64,000 nucleotides of DNA from positions 13,425 to 77,424 of the forward strand of contig JAZRAE010000084.1 of assembly GCA_045634385.1 (NCBI GenBank), written 5' to 3'. The DNA is from Eubacteriales bacterium (GTDB lineage: Bacteria > Bacillota > Clostridia > Oscillospirales > CAG-272). Below the pieces are notes generated by a model. That model had not been told where the DNA came from and ran no database searches. It saw only the letters and a program-made list of their open reading frames with translations. The translations under genes and the position numbers were made by a program. Positions 17,553 to 27,930 of this stretch are shown one piece after another (the stretch's first letter is position 1; every line of letters starts with the position of its first letter).

Positions 17553-17677
17553 AATAATACCTCCGTATAAATTTAGTTTACCAAAACAATATCCGCAATT
17601 GGTGGAATTATGTATTAAAATAGTTGAATTTTGTTTTGCATTGTGCTATTATTGAAGTGAACGAAAGGAGAGAATTT

Positions 17678-17896
17678 ATGTACTTTGATAATATAAAGGA
17701 GAGCTTTTTAAACGTAGCTGCCTCTGAGGAAAAAGGGCTTGACGCGATATATGAATTGTCAGAGCAATGTAGGGAGCGACTCTACGAGGTTTTAGATGAG
17801 GATGGAATTTTAATACTCGAAAAATATATCCTATGCCTTGATCTGTTAAATAAAGGCTGCGATTTTTTTCATCCAACTACAATTGATAAAAAATGA
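17678..17896 (+). CDS. Small hypothetical protein (72 aa) divergent from the XRE gene
   Basis: AAAGGAG RBS, ATG at 17678. Confidence 0.6.
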   Translation: MYFDNIKESFLNVAASEEKGLDAIYELSEQCRERLYEVLDEDGILILEKYILCLDLLNKGCDFFHPTTIDKK

Positions 17897-17917
17897 TGAT
17901 TGGCATTTTGCCGATAA

Positions 17918-17965
17918 TAGAAATGACACGGTACCCCATTTAAACGGAGCACCGTGTCATTTCTA
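17918..17965. terminator. Bidirectional terminator (copy 2, same stem as copy 1)
   Basis: 15-bp inverted repeat TAGAAATGACACGGT...ACCGTGTCATTTCTA. Confidence 0.75.
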
Positions 17966-17980
17966 TACTATATTATTCTT

Positions 17981-18307
17981 TTATTCAGCTGCTGCCTCGG
18001 ATATTTCACCAACGATATGGGTGTGAGAAACGATCCACTGCTGCATCTTAATGGAAAGCCAGAAGCCGTAAATACCAAAGGTTACAATGGTAAGAAGGAA
18101 CCACTTAATGTAGTTGCCGAACAACTGCATGCCTGTGCCGTCAAAGTGAAGCTGCTTTCCGTCAACGATGGTGTGATTGGTGAGCCAACGCTGATACATA
18201 CATACTGCCCAGGGAAGAGCAATTCCGAAGGTACAGCTGGCAATAATACAGCTGAAAACGCTGATACCAATCATTTCGATAATTCCGCCGGTAAACTTAG
18301 ATTTCAT
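17981..18307 (-). CDS. YjgN/DUF898-like membrane protein
   Basis: Repeated TFGI..PW / TFGIYGFW segments and GKQLHFDGTG; promoter TTGACA-17-TATAAT at 18375-18347. Confidence 0.75.
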   Translation of the reverse strand: MKSKFTGGIIEMIGISVFSCIIASCTFGIALPWAVCMYQRWLTNHTIVDGKQLHFDGTGMQLFGNYIKWFLLTIVTFGIYGFWLSIKMQQWIVSHTHIVGEISEAAAE

Positions 18308-18491
18308 AATGCTAAACCTCCAAATGTTTTTTGTGGAACTACCTGCATTATAACAGTATTTGCGTTTTGTGTCAATAGCAATTTGATATCTTTATACAAT
18401 CAAACTGAAAACAAACTTTGTATAATGTATAAAATAGACAAAGAAATAGCAAAAAACACCTCTGCAATCTAAAACTGCAGAGGCGTTTTGT

Positions 18492-18767
18492 TTATCCGAA
18501 AATAATATGAATTAAGGCTGCAAGAAGAACGGTAGCAATTACACCGAGCGCAGTACCCACTCCTGCTGCCCGTGACATAGGCTTCGATCTTTTTCTGTAA
18601 TACAAGCACATCACTATACCCGCAATAGGTATTAAAAATGACAAAGCACCAATAGCGAAATTCACATAATCAAAAGAACCGATTTTAGTATTTACGATCG
18701 ATCCGCAGTCATAACATATAAGTGCTTTATCGCCAAGCTCACGATTGCAATTCGGACATTTTTTCAT
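18492..18767 (-). CDS. Zinc-ribbon membrane protein
   Basis: CPNC...CYDCG followed by two TM helices. Confidence 0.75.
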   Translation of the reverse strand: MKKCPNCNRELGDKALICYDCGSIVNTKIGSFDYVNFAIGALSFLIPIAGIVMCLYYRKRSKPMSRAAGVGTALGVIATVLLAALIHIIFG

Positions 18768-18782
18768 ACTGCTTACTCCTGC

Positions 18783-20456
18783 TTATATTTTGGACTTGAT
18801 CATTTCATTGATTCTCTCGCGGATAGCAAGCATAGTTGCTTCTGTCTTTGCACAGACGTTGAATGCGAGCGTCTCACCCATAATCTTTTCTATCTCGGCG
18901 ACAACTTCTTCCTTGGAGTACAGGATTTCGCAAAGCTTCATCGCTCTCATATCTTGGAGTGCATCGTGGAATACTGCTATTCTGAGCGACTCATATACCT
19001 GCCCATGAGGCGCGGGGTATACGGAATATGTATCACCTGCGGGTACCCAATGTTCACCGGATGCATCGGTGTATGGCTCTGCCTCATCAACTGAGAACTG
19101 ATTGTTGTAGAAGTTGTAGCCCCACTGAAGAAAGCCAACGATATCATACTTGTACATCTGCATACCGATGGAACGGTTACGCCAGGAGGGCATAGCTAAG
19201 AGTCTGTTTGACACGCCTATACACTGACCGCAACAGTAGTAGGTCCAAAGGCCGGGAACATTGTTTTCAATAAACGGCTTTATATGATCGTTACAGGGAA
19301 TCGGAGTATCCACAATGCCCATCTTCCAGAAGTCGTAGTCAGAGAGAGCATCCATGATTACGTAACCTTCAAGAAGATCGGAAATAGAGTTCTTCGCCGC
19401 ACGGTAGGATTCAAGATGATCAATCTGAGGCTCATCTGAAACGTGGAAGAAGCAACGCTTGTCGTTTCCGCTCTTCTTCATATGTTCAAGGAAAGCCGGA
19501 ATAAACGTACGGAGGAATCTAACGTACTCATCCGAGGTAGCATCTGTCTCCCAACCAAAGATCTTCTTGTACTCGCCGTCAACGGTAGCCATGATCTTAG
19601 GAGCATGCTTTGCACCCCATTGTGTGAAGAGATGCGCGATCTCAAAGTACTTTATTCCAATCCTGTCACACATAGCAACCCATCTGTCAACGAGGTCGAA
19701 GTTGAAAGAGTATTTCCCGTTTTCAACCGTTACGGCAACGAGCTGGTTTGTGAGTCTTTCACCGCCAACCTGTGTGTCGAGCGGAGGGGTAAAGGTAGGG
19801 GTGAGAAGAAGGTTGATACCGTTCTTATGTGCCACCCGTGCGAAGTTTTCGACGATTTCCCAGTGCTTTTCGCTCCAAACAGGGACGTCATAGTAGTTTG
19901 CAAGGCAGTCGCAATGGAACCACTGAGTGAGAATAAGCTTTTGCTCGGGAAGTATAGCGTTGATAACGTCAACGGTGAGTACTTCCGTACTACCAACAAC
20001 ACCTGCATCATTGATCATTTCGATCTTCAGCTCGCTTGCTCCAATCTCACTTGCATCAATGGGGATGTTAATATCAATCCAAAGGGATGTAGGCAGAGTT
20101 GTTTTTGCAATAGTCTTTCCGCCGTAGTGAAGCGGGCGGAGAACGTCCGGGTAGAGTCCGGGGGTTGTGCGCTCGAAGTATTCGTCGCTGTTACCCGGCA
20201 CGATTGGGAGCTCAACGCCAACGTTCTTAACTTCTCTTACGCTTACGTATTTTGCAAGCTCACCTGAAAACTTCGGTGTAAACATTTCTCTGTACATATA
20301 CATATTGTCGCCTTCATCCATAACTCTTATATGTACGAGCTGGAAGGAAACTCTCTCGCCCTTAAGTACAGACAGCTTTTCTATGGACTTAAGGGAGTCG
20401 ATAGAGCTGTCGGTAAATACTCTTGAAAGCGAAGAAATAAGCTTGGTCTTTAACAT
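18783..20456 (-). CDS. DUF4091-domain putative glycoside hydrolase (GH123-like)
   Basis: SDEP catalytic-like motif, WTYYCC, GFLQWGYNFY, AGDTYSVYP, SLR. Confidence 0.75.
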   Translation of the reverse strand: MLKTKLISSLSRVFTDSSIDSLKSIEKLSVLKGERVSFQLVHIRVMDEGDNMYMYREMFTPKFSGELAKYVSVREVKNVGVELPIVPGNSDEYFERTTPGLYPDVLRPLHYGGKTIAKTTLPTSLWIDINIPIDASEIGASELKIEMINDAGVVGSTEVLTVDVINAILPEQKLILTQWFHCDCLANYYDVPVWSEKHWEIVENFARVAHKNGINLLLTPTFTPPLDTQVGGERLTNQLVAVTVENGKYSFNFDLVDRWVAMCDRIGIKYFEIAHLFTQWGAKHAPKIMATVDGEYKKIFGWETDATSDEYVRFLRTFIPAFLEHMKKSGNDKRCFFHVSDEPQIDHLESYRAAKNSISDLLEGYVIMDALSDYDFWKMGIVDTPIPCNDHIKPFIENNVPGLWTYYCCGQCIGVSNRLLAMPSWRNRSIGMQMYKYDIVGFLQWGYNFYNNQFSVDEAEPYTDASGEHWVPAGDTYSVYPAPHGQVYESLRIAVFHDALQDMRAMKLCEILYSKEEVVAEIEKIMGETLAFNVCAKTEATMLAIRERINEMIKSKI

Positions 20457-20474
20457 TTTGTTTACCTCACAATA

Positions 20475-21407
20475 TTATTGTTGATTGTCGAGAATATCAA
20501 TAAGTTTTTTGAAATTGTCGGGGAGTTCACACTCAAACGTCATTCTTTTCTGTGTTTTAGGGTGAGTAAGAGAAAGGCGCTTTGCATGAAGCATCTGACC
20601 GTCAAACAGGGGGGCGTGTTGCTTTTCAAACAACGTTTTGGAGCTTGAATATACTTCGTCGCCAAGCAGAGCGTGCCCAAGATGCGACATATGCACGCGT
20701 ATTTGATGAGTTCTGCCGGTTTCAAGCCTAAGCTTTAGGTACGTTATCTGACCGTAGCTCCTTATAACCTCATAATGTGTTACCGCCTCGCGTGCGCCAT
20801 CACCATTCTTTATGACTGCCATTCTTTTACGGTCTATGGGGTGACGGCCAATAGGCAAATTAACCGTGCCCGTTTCTTCCTTGAATCCACCTCGCACAAG
20901 CGCGTGATATTCACGCTCAATACCGTGATAGCCAAGTTCCTCGGATAAAGCTCGGTGGGAGGCATCGTTTTTTGCCACTACGAGCAGTCCTGAGGTATCT
21001 TTGTCGATTCTGTGTACTATACCAGGGCGCATCACGCCTCCGATACCCGAAAGGCTGTCACGACAGTGATATAGCAGGGCGTTGACGAGCGTACCCGTGT
21101 AATTTCCCGGGGCAGGATGTACCACCATGCCCGAGGGTTTGTTTATGACTATAATATCCGAGTCTTCGTAAATAACGTTGAGGGGAATATTCTCCGGCTG
21201 TGCCTCATATTCCTCGACTTCGGGTAGAACAAGTTCCACCTCGTCCTTTTCTTTGACTTGGTACTTTTTCTCTGATTTTTCACCGTTTACCGTTACCGCG
21301 CCAGACTCGATAAGCTTCGCTGCCGCACTTCGTGACAGATCGGTGTTTTCAGCGAGATAGGCATCGAGCCGCTTTCTCGCATGTTGTTCTTCTACCGTAT
21401 ATTTCAT
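20475..21407 (-). CDS. rluD: 23S rRNA pseudouridine synthase (RluA/RluD family)
   Basis: S4 domain, NKPSGMVVHP, VHRIDKDTSG, TGRTHQIRVH. Confidence 0.9.
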   Translation of the reverse strand: MKYTVEEQHARKRLDAYLAENTDLSRSAAAKLIESGAVTVNGEKSEKKYQVKEKDEVELVLPEVEEYEAQPENIPLNVIYEDSDIIVINKPSGMVVHPAPGNYTGTLVNALLYHCRDSLSGIGGVMRPGIVHRIDKDTSGLLVVAKNDASHRALSEELGYHGIEREYHALVRGGFKEETGTVNLPIGRHPIDRKRMAVIKNGDGAREAVTHYEVIRSYGQITYLKLRLETGRTHQIRVHMSHLGHALLGDEVYSSSKTLFEKQHAPLFDGQMLHAKRLSLTHPKTQKRMTFECELPDNFKKLIDILDNQQ

Positions 21408-22057
21408 TCCTCTGTGCCTTCGCCCGCAACGGTTTCATTTTCACAATCGGAAGTGTCGAGTGCGTCAGCCTCATCGGTTTCCAAATCAAGCACTGCGTTT
21501 TCTTCATCACAGCTTTCTGCACTTGAAGATGCCTTTGCCAAGGCTTCCTTTTTCATTTCTTCCTTCATTTCAAGGATGAGAGCAAGGGTGAGAAGTCCTG
21601 CGCCAATGCAAACAAAGGAGTCAGCCCCGTTGAATACGGCAAAATTGATAAGTCTGAAGTCAATGAAGTCTACAACGTAGTGCAAAGAAATGCGGTCTAT
21701 CATATTTCCTATACCGCCCGAGACCATCATACCAAGAGCGATACCGGAGAGTCTTGACTCCGCGTGTCCGAGGAAGAGATAGGAGAGCATAACGACGATT
21801 GCTATTGTTGATATTGTATTAAATACCCAAGGTGCATCCTTAAGCATACCGAATGCCGCCCCTGTGTTTTCAACATACGTCAGGTTAAGAACCTGTACAT
21901 CGCCTATTTTTATAAGCGGTACACTTGCTACCGGCATAAGGTATTTTATTGCGAGAAGCTTGGTTATTTGATCAATAATTATTCCACCCACAAGCACCGA
22001 TACGTAGATGATGTAGTCGGTGAGGGTTCTTTTTTTGAATAGATCTTGAAGTTTCAT
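21404..22057 (-). CDS. lspA: Lipoprotein signal peptidase II with an acidic C-terminal tail
   Basis: DQITK, NTGAAFG, GGIGNMIDR, VVDFIDF, FNGADSF. Confidence 0.92.
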   Translation of the reverse strand: MKLQDLFKKRTLTDYIIYVSVLVGGIIIDQITKLLAIKYLMPVASVPLIKIGDVQVLNLTYVENTGAAFGMLKDAPWVFNTISTIAIVVMLSYLFLGHAESRLSGIALGMMVSGGIGNMIDRISLHYVVDFIDFRLINFAVFNGADSFVCIGAGLLTLALILEMKEEMKKEALAKASSSAESCDEENAVLDLETDEADALDTSDCENETVAGEGTEE

Positions 22058-22078
22058 ATTGTTAGTTCCAAATCATTT

Positions 22079-22369
22079 TTAGATAATGGGTAAAAAGCTT
22101 AGCAAGAGCGAGACTGTTATGTACGCTATGAAAAACGGTGCATCTATCGGAGTCCTCTGAAATAGATTGAACTTTGCGCAAAGATATCTGAACGGTGTGA
22201 CAAATATCTCGGTGAAAGTATAGCAGAAAATAAATATTTTGCTTCCTTCCATATCATAGGACGTCATACGGGATACCAGCTCCATTATCATTCTCGAAAA
22301 CATAGCTAATGAGATCGCACTAAGCATAAGCGAAATTACCTTAGCAATTATATAGAAAACGGTTTCCAT
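22079..22369 (-). CDS. YggT/YlmG membrane protein
   Basis: TE..VTPFR...PID.PF motif; follows sepF. Confidence 0.75.
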   Translation of the reverse strand: METVFYIIAKVISLMLSAISLAMFSRMIMELVSRMTSYDMEGSKIFIFCYTFTEIFVTPFRYLCAKFNLFQRTPIDAPFFIAYITVSLLLSFLPII

Positions 22370-22466
22370 TATTAATCCTCCTTCATATCGAAAGTTCCGT
22401 ACCGCATGTAGGAGGTGTCGGTACGGAACGAGGGTGAATTATTTTCCGACTGTGAATTGTCCGGTA

Positions 22467-22865
22467 TTACATATCGGAGATGTCAACGTCGTTATGAGGC
22501 GTGATGATAAAGGTGCTGGGTGCAACTCTCTTGATCTCGCCGTCCTGGCAGTATGTAACTCCGTTAAGGAAGTCAAGCATTCTGTAAATTACGTGCTTGT
22601 CAAGCGCCTCAACGTTGAGTACTACGGTGCATCCGGAAAGAAGGTTGTCGGCTACGGTTCTTACCTCCTCGTATGACTCGGGACGGATAACCTTAAGCTC
22701 AACACCGTTAGAACGGTTATCGGATGTCTTTTCCACGGTAGTGTCAGCCTCTTTTACCTGAGGAGCAACAACCTCCGCTCTCTGAGTCTGCTCAAAAGGC
22801 TTGAACTCCATTTCATCTCTTTCAGCCTCTCTCTTGGCGAACTTTTCCATAAACTTTTCAAACAT
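22467..22865 (-). CDS. sepF: Cell division protein SepF
   Basis: P.SYEE...VADNL..G.TVVLN, RMLDFLNG, FIITP. Confidence 0.9.
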   Translation of the reverse strand: MFEKFMEKFAKREAERDEMEFKPFEQTQRAEVVAPQVKEADTTVEKTSDNRSNGVELKVIRPESYEEVRTVADNLLSGCTVVLNVEALDKHVIYRMLDFLNGVTYCQDGEIKRVAPSTFIITPHNDVDISDM

Positions 22866-22870
22866 TTTCT

Positions 22871-23572
22871 TTATCTCCCTTCGTTTTTATCAAAAAGTTT
22901 TCTTCCGACTCGAATTAAGGTCGAGCCTTCCTCTATTGCTACGGCGTAGCTATTGCTCATACCCATGGAGAGTATGCCGTCATCAGCGAAGCCGTATACT
23001 TGGTTTATTCTGTCAAATATCTCCTTGGTAAGCTTGAAGTAAGGGCGCATAGCTTCGGCGTTATCGATAGCCGGACCCATAGTCATAATACCTCTGACCG
23101 ATATACCGGGCAGTTCTCTCACTTTGAGAAAGAGAGCCTCAGCATCCTCGGGGAAGACACCGCTTTTGTTTTCTTCCTTTGCGCTGTTGATTTCTATCAG
23201 CACGGGTACTGTGATGCCGAGCTTTACCGCCTGACGGCTTATCTCCTCTGCAAGCTCGAGCTTACCTACGGAGTGTATAAGAGATGCTATATCGACAACA
23301 AGTTTTACCTTGTTGCGCTGCAGATTACCTATCTCGTGGAGTCTTGGTGTGTATCCGTTATCTCGGAGCAACTCACCGCGCCTTTTCAGCTCGCCGGGGC
23401 GGTTTTCTCCGATATCGGTAGCACCCGCATTTGCAAGAGCAATGAGCTCCTCGTCGCTTCCGCTTTTTGTTACAGCAACAAGAGTGATCTTCCTTCCGTA
23501 ACGCGCTTCGTACTCACCAATCTCTTTCATCAAAAACTCATAGTTTTCTCTTATGTATCCGTATTCACTCAT
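22871..23572 (-). CDS. yggS: PLP homeostasis protein YggS/YlmE
   Basis: LVAVTK, IGNLQRNKVK, LSMGMS, EGSTLIRVGR. Confidence 0.92.
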   Translation of the reverse strand: MSEYGYIRENYEFLMKEIGEYEARYGRKITLVAVTKSGSDEELIALANAGATDIGENRPGELKRRGELLRDNGYTPRLHEIGNLQRNKVKLVVDIASLIHSVGKLELAEEISRQAVKLGITVPVLIEINSAKEENKSGVFPEDAEALFLKVRELPGISVRGIMTMGPAIDNAEAMRPYFKLTKEIFDRINQVYGFADDGILSMGMSNSYAVAIEEGSTLIRVGRKLFDKNEGR

Positions 23573-23618
23573 CTCGTATTACCTCTTGAGTATGACAGAA
23601 CATACTTTTCTATTTAAT

Positions 23619-23720
23619 ATTATATCAAAGTATTTTTATATTTTCAAGTATTTTCGCGCATTTTATTTTTTTATTTTATGATATGTTTCACTTGACAAAA
23701 TACCTCGCGTATATTATACT
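23619..23720. promoter_or_regulatory. Divergent sigma-A promoters (yggS operon / mrnC-hisS)
   Basis: Minus strand: TTGAAA-17-TATAAT (23647-23619). Plus strand: TTGACA-17-TATACT (23692-23720). Confidence 0.7.
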
Positions 23721-23788
23721 AATTATTAGAAACATTTAAAATGGTGAATTGTATGCCATTTTCATATATCATTTAAGGAGATATAGCT

Positions 23789-24196
23789 TTGCACGATAAA
23801 GTACTTGGAGCATCGCTCCCCTCGACACAGGCTCTTGCCTATCTTGGAGATGCTGCTTATTCGCTGTTTGTTAGGCGTATGCTCGTAGGTCGCGGACTCT
23901 CTAAATCGAAGGATCTTAACCGCGAAACGTTGAAATACGTTACTGCGGAGGCGCAGGCGGCAATGTACAGAAAAATTGAATATTTACTTCTCGAAGATGA
24001 GAGGGAGGTTTTTAAGAGAGCGGCTAATTCCACCCATCTTAACAGGCCTAAGCACGCTAGCGTTACCGACTACAGATATGCCACGGGATTTGAGGCTGTA
24101 ATAGGTATGCTTGTGTGGATAAATGATAATGAGAGAATTGAAGAATTGTTGAAAGAAGCACATAAGGAGATTAGTGAAAATGATACAGAAGATTAA
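23789..24196 (+). CDS. mrnC: Mini-ribonuclease III
   Basis: LAYLGDAAY...YRYATGFEAVIG; no dsRBD. Confidence 0.88.
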   Translation: MHDKVLGASLPSTQALAYLGDAAYSLFVRRMLVGRGLSKSKDLNRETLKYVTAEAQAAMYRKIEYLLLEDEREVFKRAANSTHLNRPKHASVTDYRYATGFEAVIGMLVWINDNERIEELLKEAHKEISENDTED

Positions 24197-25421
24197 AGGT
24201 ACAATGGATATACTTCCAAGTGAAACACCTCTTTTCAGATACATCGAGGGGGTTATGCGTGAGGAAGCTGAGAAATACGGCTACGGTGAGATTCGCACTC
24301 CTACATTTGAGAATACCGAGCTGTTCGTACGCGGAGTTGGAGATACTACCGACGTTGTGCAAAAGGAAATGTACACCTTCCAAGACAGAGATGAGAACAG
24401 ATCTATCTCGCTGCGTCCTGAGGGCACAGCTTCTGTTGTAAGAGCTATTATCGAAAACGGTAGATGTTCCGACCCTATGCCTCTTAAATATTACTATATC
24501 ATTTCTTGCTTCCGCCATGAGAAGCCCCAGGCAGGACGCAGCCGCGAGTTCTTCCAGTTTGGTACGGAAATGTTCGGCTCAGAGAGTCCTGCGGCGGATG
24601 CTACAGCTATAGCTCTTGCATCCTCTGTTTTGAAGAGACTCGGACTTACTAACGTTACTTTGCACTTAAATTCCATAGGCTGCAAAAACTGCAGACCTGA
24701 TTACAGAAATGCTCTTATTGACCACTTTGGTTGTCAAAAGGACAAGCTTTGCGATACTTGCAAGTCAAGACTTGAGAAAAATCCTTTAAGACTTCTTGAC
24801 TGCAAGAACCCGGAATGTGCCAAGATTGCGGCGACTGCTCCGAAGACTGTTGACCATCTTTGCGAGGAGTGCGATGGCAAGTTTAAGATGCTTTGCTCTG
24901 CACTTGACGCTATGAAAATTGATTATGTTGTTGACTCCTCTATAGTAAGAGGACTTGACTACTACACCGGTGCTGTGTTTGAATTTATCGCAGAGGGAAT
25001 TGGTGCACAGTCCACCGTCTGCGGAGGCGGTAGATACGACGGGCTTGTAGAGTCCCTTGGCGGACCTAAGCTCTCTGGTATTGGATTCGGTATGGGTATT
25101 ACCAGACTGATTCTTGCCATGAAGGAGCTTGGTAATGCGGACATCGCGATACCTACGCCCGACCTTTATATTGCCGCTTTGGGTGATAGGGCGACTATCG
25201 AGGCTCTCGCTATTACGGAAAGACTGCGTAGTGATGGTAGATATGTTGAGTGCGATATAGTTGGCAGAAGCCTAAAGGCACAGATGAAGTATGCCAATAA
25301 GATCGGTGCAAAATACACTCTTATTATCGGTGACTCCGAGATAGATGCGGGCGTTGCACAGCTCAAAAACATGTCGGACGGTACGCAGACCGAGGTCGAG
25401 CTTGGCTCGTTTACACTTTGA
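24174..25421 (+). CDS. hisS: Histidine--tRNA ligase
   Basis: KEMYTF, LRPEGTA, FRHEKPQAGRSREF.Q, VRGLDYY, GGGRYD. Confidence 0.96.
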   Translation: MKMIQKIKGTMDILPSETPLFRYIEGVMREEAEKYGYGEIRTPTFENTELFVRGVGDTTDVVQKEMYTFQDRDENRSISLRPEGTASVVRAIIENGRCSDPMPLKYYYIISCFRHEKPQAGRSREFFQFGTEMFGSESPAADATAIALASSVLKRLGLTNVTLHLNSIGCKNCRPDYRNALIDHFGCQKDKLCDTCKSRLEKNPLRLLDCKNPECAKIAATAPKTVDHLCEECDGKFKMLCSALDAMKIDYVVDSSIVRGLDYYTGAVFEFIAEGIGAQSTVCGGGRYDGLVESLGGPKLSGIGFGMGITRLILAMKELGNADIAIPTPDLYIAALGDRATIEALAITERLRSDGRYVECDIVGRSLKAQMKYANKIGAKYTLIIGDSEIDAGVAQLKNMSDGTQTEVELGSFTL

Positions 25422-25560
25422 TGCTTATCCCGAGGTCGCATAAGACGGCTTCGGGATTTTTTAAAAAAGAACTCTATATAAATAAGAGCAAGAGCAATAC
25501 GTTTTTGCCTTAAGGAAATCACGTTTTTCCTGTGTATCTCTTGCTTAAAGGAAAAATAAA

Positions 25561-27720
25561 ATGACAGACAGAACAGCATTTTTACCGGTCAATGCCTCTG
25601 ATGTTAAGGCGCGCAATTGGTCGGATGTAGATTTTGTATACGTAACGGGTGATGCATATGTTGATCATCCGTCATTTGGCGTGTCAATCATCTCCCGTGT
25701 GCTTGAGGCGGAGGGGTTCAGAGTGGCGATACTCTCTCAGCCGGACTTTAGATCCTGCGAGGACTTTAAGCGATTCGGACGCCCGAGACTTGGATTCCTT
25801 GTTACGAGCGGAAATATTGACTCTATGGTAGCTCATTACACTGTTTCCAAGAAAAAGCGTTCCTATGATTATTATACCGCGGGCGGCAAAATGGGTAGAA
25901 GACCCGATCGTGCGGTTATTGTATATTGCAACAGGATAAGAGAGGCGTATGGCGACGTTCCGATCATAATAGGTGGGCTTGAGGCATCGCTTCGCCGATT
26001 TGCACATTACGATTATTGGGATGATAGAGTGAGGAGAAGTGTTCTTGTAGATTCGAGAGCGGATATACTTACCTATGGTATGGGAGAGAACATTCTCGTA
26101 AGAATTGCAAAGCTGCTTGATAAGGGCGTGCCCGTAAAGAAGATAAGGGACGTTCGCGGCACAGTTTATCTTGCAAAAAAAGATGATACCATTCACTTCG
26201 AGAGTATCGAGGTTGGTGACTTTGATGAGCTGAAGACGGACAAGCGAGCTTATGCGAAGGCATTCTCGATTCAGTATAAAAACACGGATTCCGTGCATGG
26301 TAAAGCTATTATTGAATACTACGGTGATAAAATGCTTGTGCAGAATCCCCCTATGCCTCCGCTTGAGCGCGAGGAGCTTGACCGCGTTTACTCATTGCCA
26401 TACGCGAGAGATTTTCACCCGGATTATATTGCCGAGGGCGGAGTGCCTGCAATCACAGAGGTTAAATTCTCTATAACCCATAACCGTGGTTGCTTTGGCG
26501 CGTGTAACTTCTGTGCCATAGCTTTTCATCAGGGAAGAGCGGTACGCTCAAGGAGTGAAGAGGGCGTTGTCAGAGAGGCGGAAATTATTGCTTCAATGCC
26601 CGATTTTAAGGGGTATATAAATGACGTTGGCGGACCTACCGCTAACTTCCGTTATCCGTCGTGCGACAAGCAGGAAAAGTGCGGTGTTTGCCCGGGCAAA
26701 AAATGTCTTGCGCCAACACCATGTAAGAACCTAAAGGTTGATCATACGGAATACGCACATATGCTGCGTGAAATAGAAAAGGTGAAGGGAGTAAAGAAGG
26801 TATTTGTACGTTCCGGCATCAGATTTGATTACTTGATACTTGATGAGGACGACACCTTCTTCCGTCAGCTTGTTACCCATCACACATCGGGACAGCTAAA
26901 GGTTGCTCCCGAACACTGCGCTCTCAACGCCTTGACAATGATGGGCAAGCCTCCTGTTGAGGTGTTTGAGAAGTTTAAAAAGAAGTTCTTTAAATTAAGC
27001 GGCGAGGCGGGGCTTGAGCAATATCTTGTTCCGTATCTGATGTCGAGCCACCCGGGTTCTACGATGAAGGATGCGGTGGATATGGCATTATGGCTTAAGC
27101 AATGGGGATATTCTCCCGAGCAGGTACAGGACTTTTATCCCACCCCGGGTACTATTTCTACAGTAATGTATTATACGGGTATTCACCCTATGACCGGTAA
27201 GAACGTATACGTAACCACGGATTATCACGAAAAACAGCTTCAGCGCGCGCTTCTCCAATATTCAAGACCGGAGAATGCCAACCTTGTAAGAGAGGCACTT
27301 AAGGTAGCGGGTCGCGAGGATCTTATCGGCAACGGTCCGGAATGCCTTGTGAGGGCGGCATTTGGTCAAGACGGCCATACAAGATATATACCGCCTAAAA
27401 AAGGAAACAAGAGTAGTCATAATTCGTCTAAAGGGACAAACTCTAAGGCGAAGAAGACGTCTGGGGTAAAGAAGACGGAATCTAATCGAGACAAATATTA
27501 TCAGCCGATTCTTGATGCAAGAAAGCCTAAAAAGAGCAAGCTTGAACGCGTTTTTGGTGAGGAAGCATCAAGAATTCGCATAGAAAGCGCGAGAATGTCG
27601 GATAAGGAGCGCAAAAACAGTTTCTCGACAAGCTCTCGCGGACAAACACCCCCATCTAAAAAGGGTATAAATGTAACCCAAAGGGCTACAAAATCGAGTC
27701 AAAAAAGCAAAAAACGCTAA
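25561..27720 (+). CDS. YgiQ-family radical SAM protein
   Basis: GDAYVDHPSFG, RGCFGACNFC, VQDFYPTP; long basic C-terminal tail. Confidence 0.9.
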   Translation: MTDRTAFLPVNASDVKARNWSDVDFVYVTGDAYVDHPSFGVSIISRVLEAEGFRVAILSQPDFRSCEDFKRFGRPRLGFLVTSGNIDSMVAHYTVSKKKRSYDYYTAGGKMGRRPDRAVIVYCNRIREAYGDVPIIIGGLEASLRRFAHYDYWDDRVRRSVLVDSRADILTYGMGENILVRIAKLLDKGVPVKKIRDVRGTVYLAKKDDTIHFESIEVGDFDELKTDKRAYAKAFSIQYKNTDSVHGKAIIEYYGDKMLVQNPPMPPLEREELDRVYSLPYARDFHPDYIAEGGVPAITEVKFSITHNRGCFGACNFCAIAFHQGRAVRSRSEEGVVREAEIIASMPDFKGYINDVGGPTANFRYPSCDKQEKCGVCPGKKCLAPTPCKNLKVDHTEYAHMLREIEKVKGVKKVFVRSGIRFDYLILDEDDTFFRQLVTHHTSGQLKVAPEHCALNALTMMGKPPVEVFEKFKKKFFKLSGEAGLEQYLVPYLMSSHPGSTMKDAVDMALWLKQWGYSPEQVQDFYPTPGTISTVMYYTGIHPMTGKNVYVTTDYHEKQLQRALLQYSRPENANLVREALKVAGREDLIGNGPECLVRAAFGQDGHTRYIPPKKGNKSSHNSSKGTNSKAKKTSGVKKTESNRDKYYQPILDARKPKKSKLERVFGEEASRIRIESARMSDKERKNSFSTSSRGQTPPSKKGINVTQRATKSSQKSKKR

Positions 27721-27930
27721 GTAGAACGTAAAAGCGTTGTATTCGGGCTTCGAGGACTATGATTTTGTGTAAAACAGCAAGTACTTTCGGTAACCTTCGT
27801 AAAAAACGCGAACTGCGTAAAACGAAAAAACGGAGCAGAGAAGTAAAAAAACAAAAAACAATATAAAAGTTCGATTTTTGATGATAAAACCGAAACAACG
27901 GGAAAAGAGAGTTTTTGGTATAGTAGCGAC

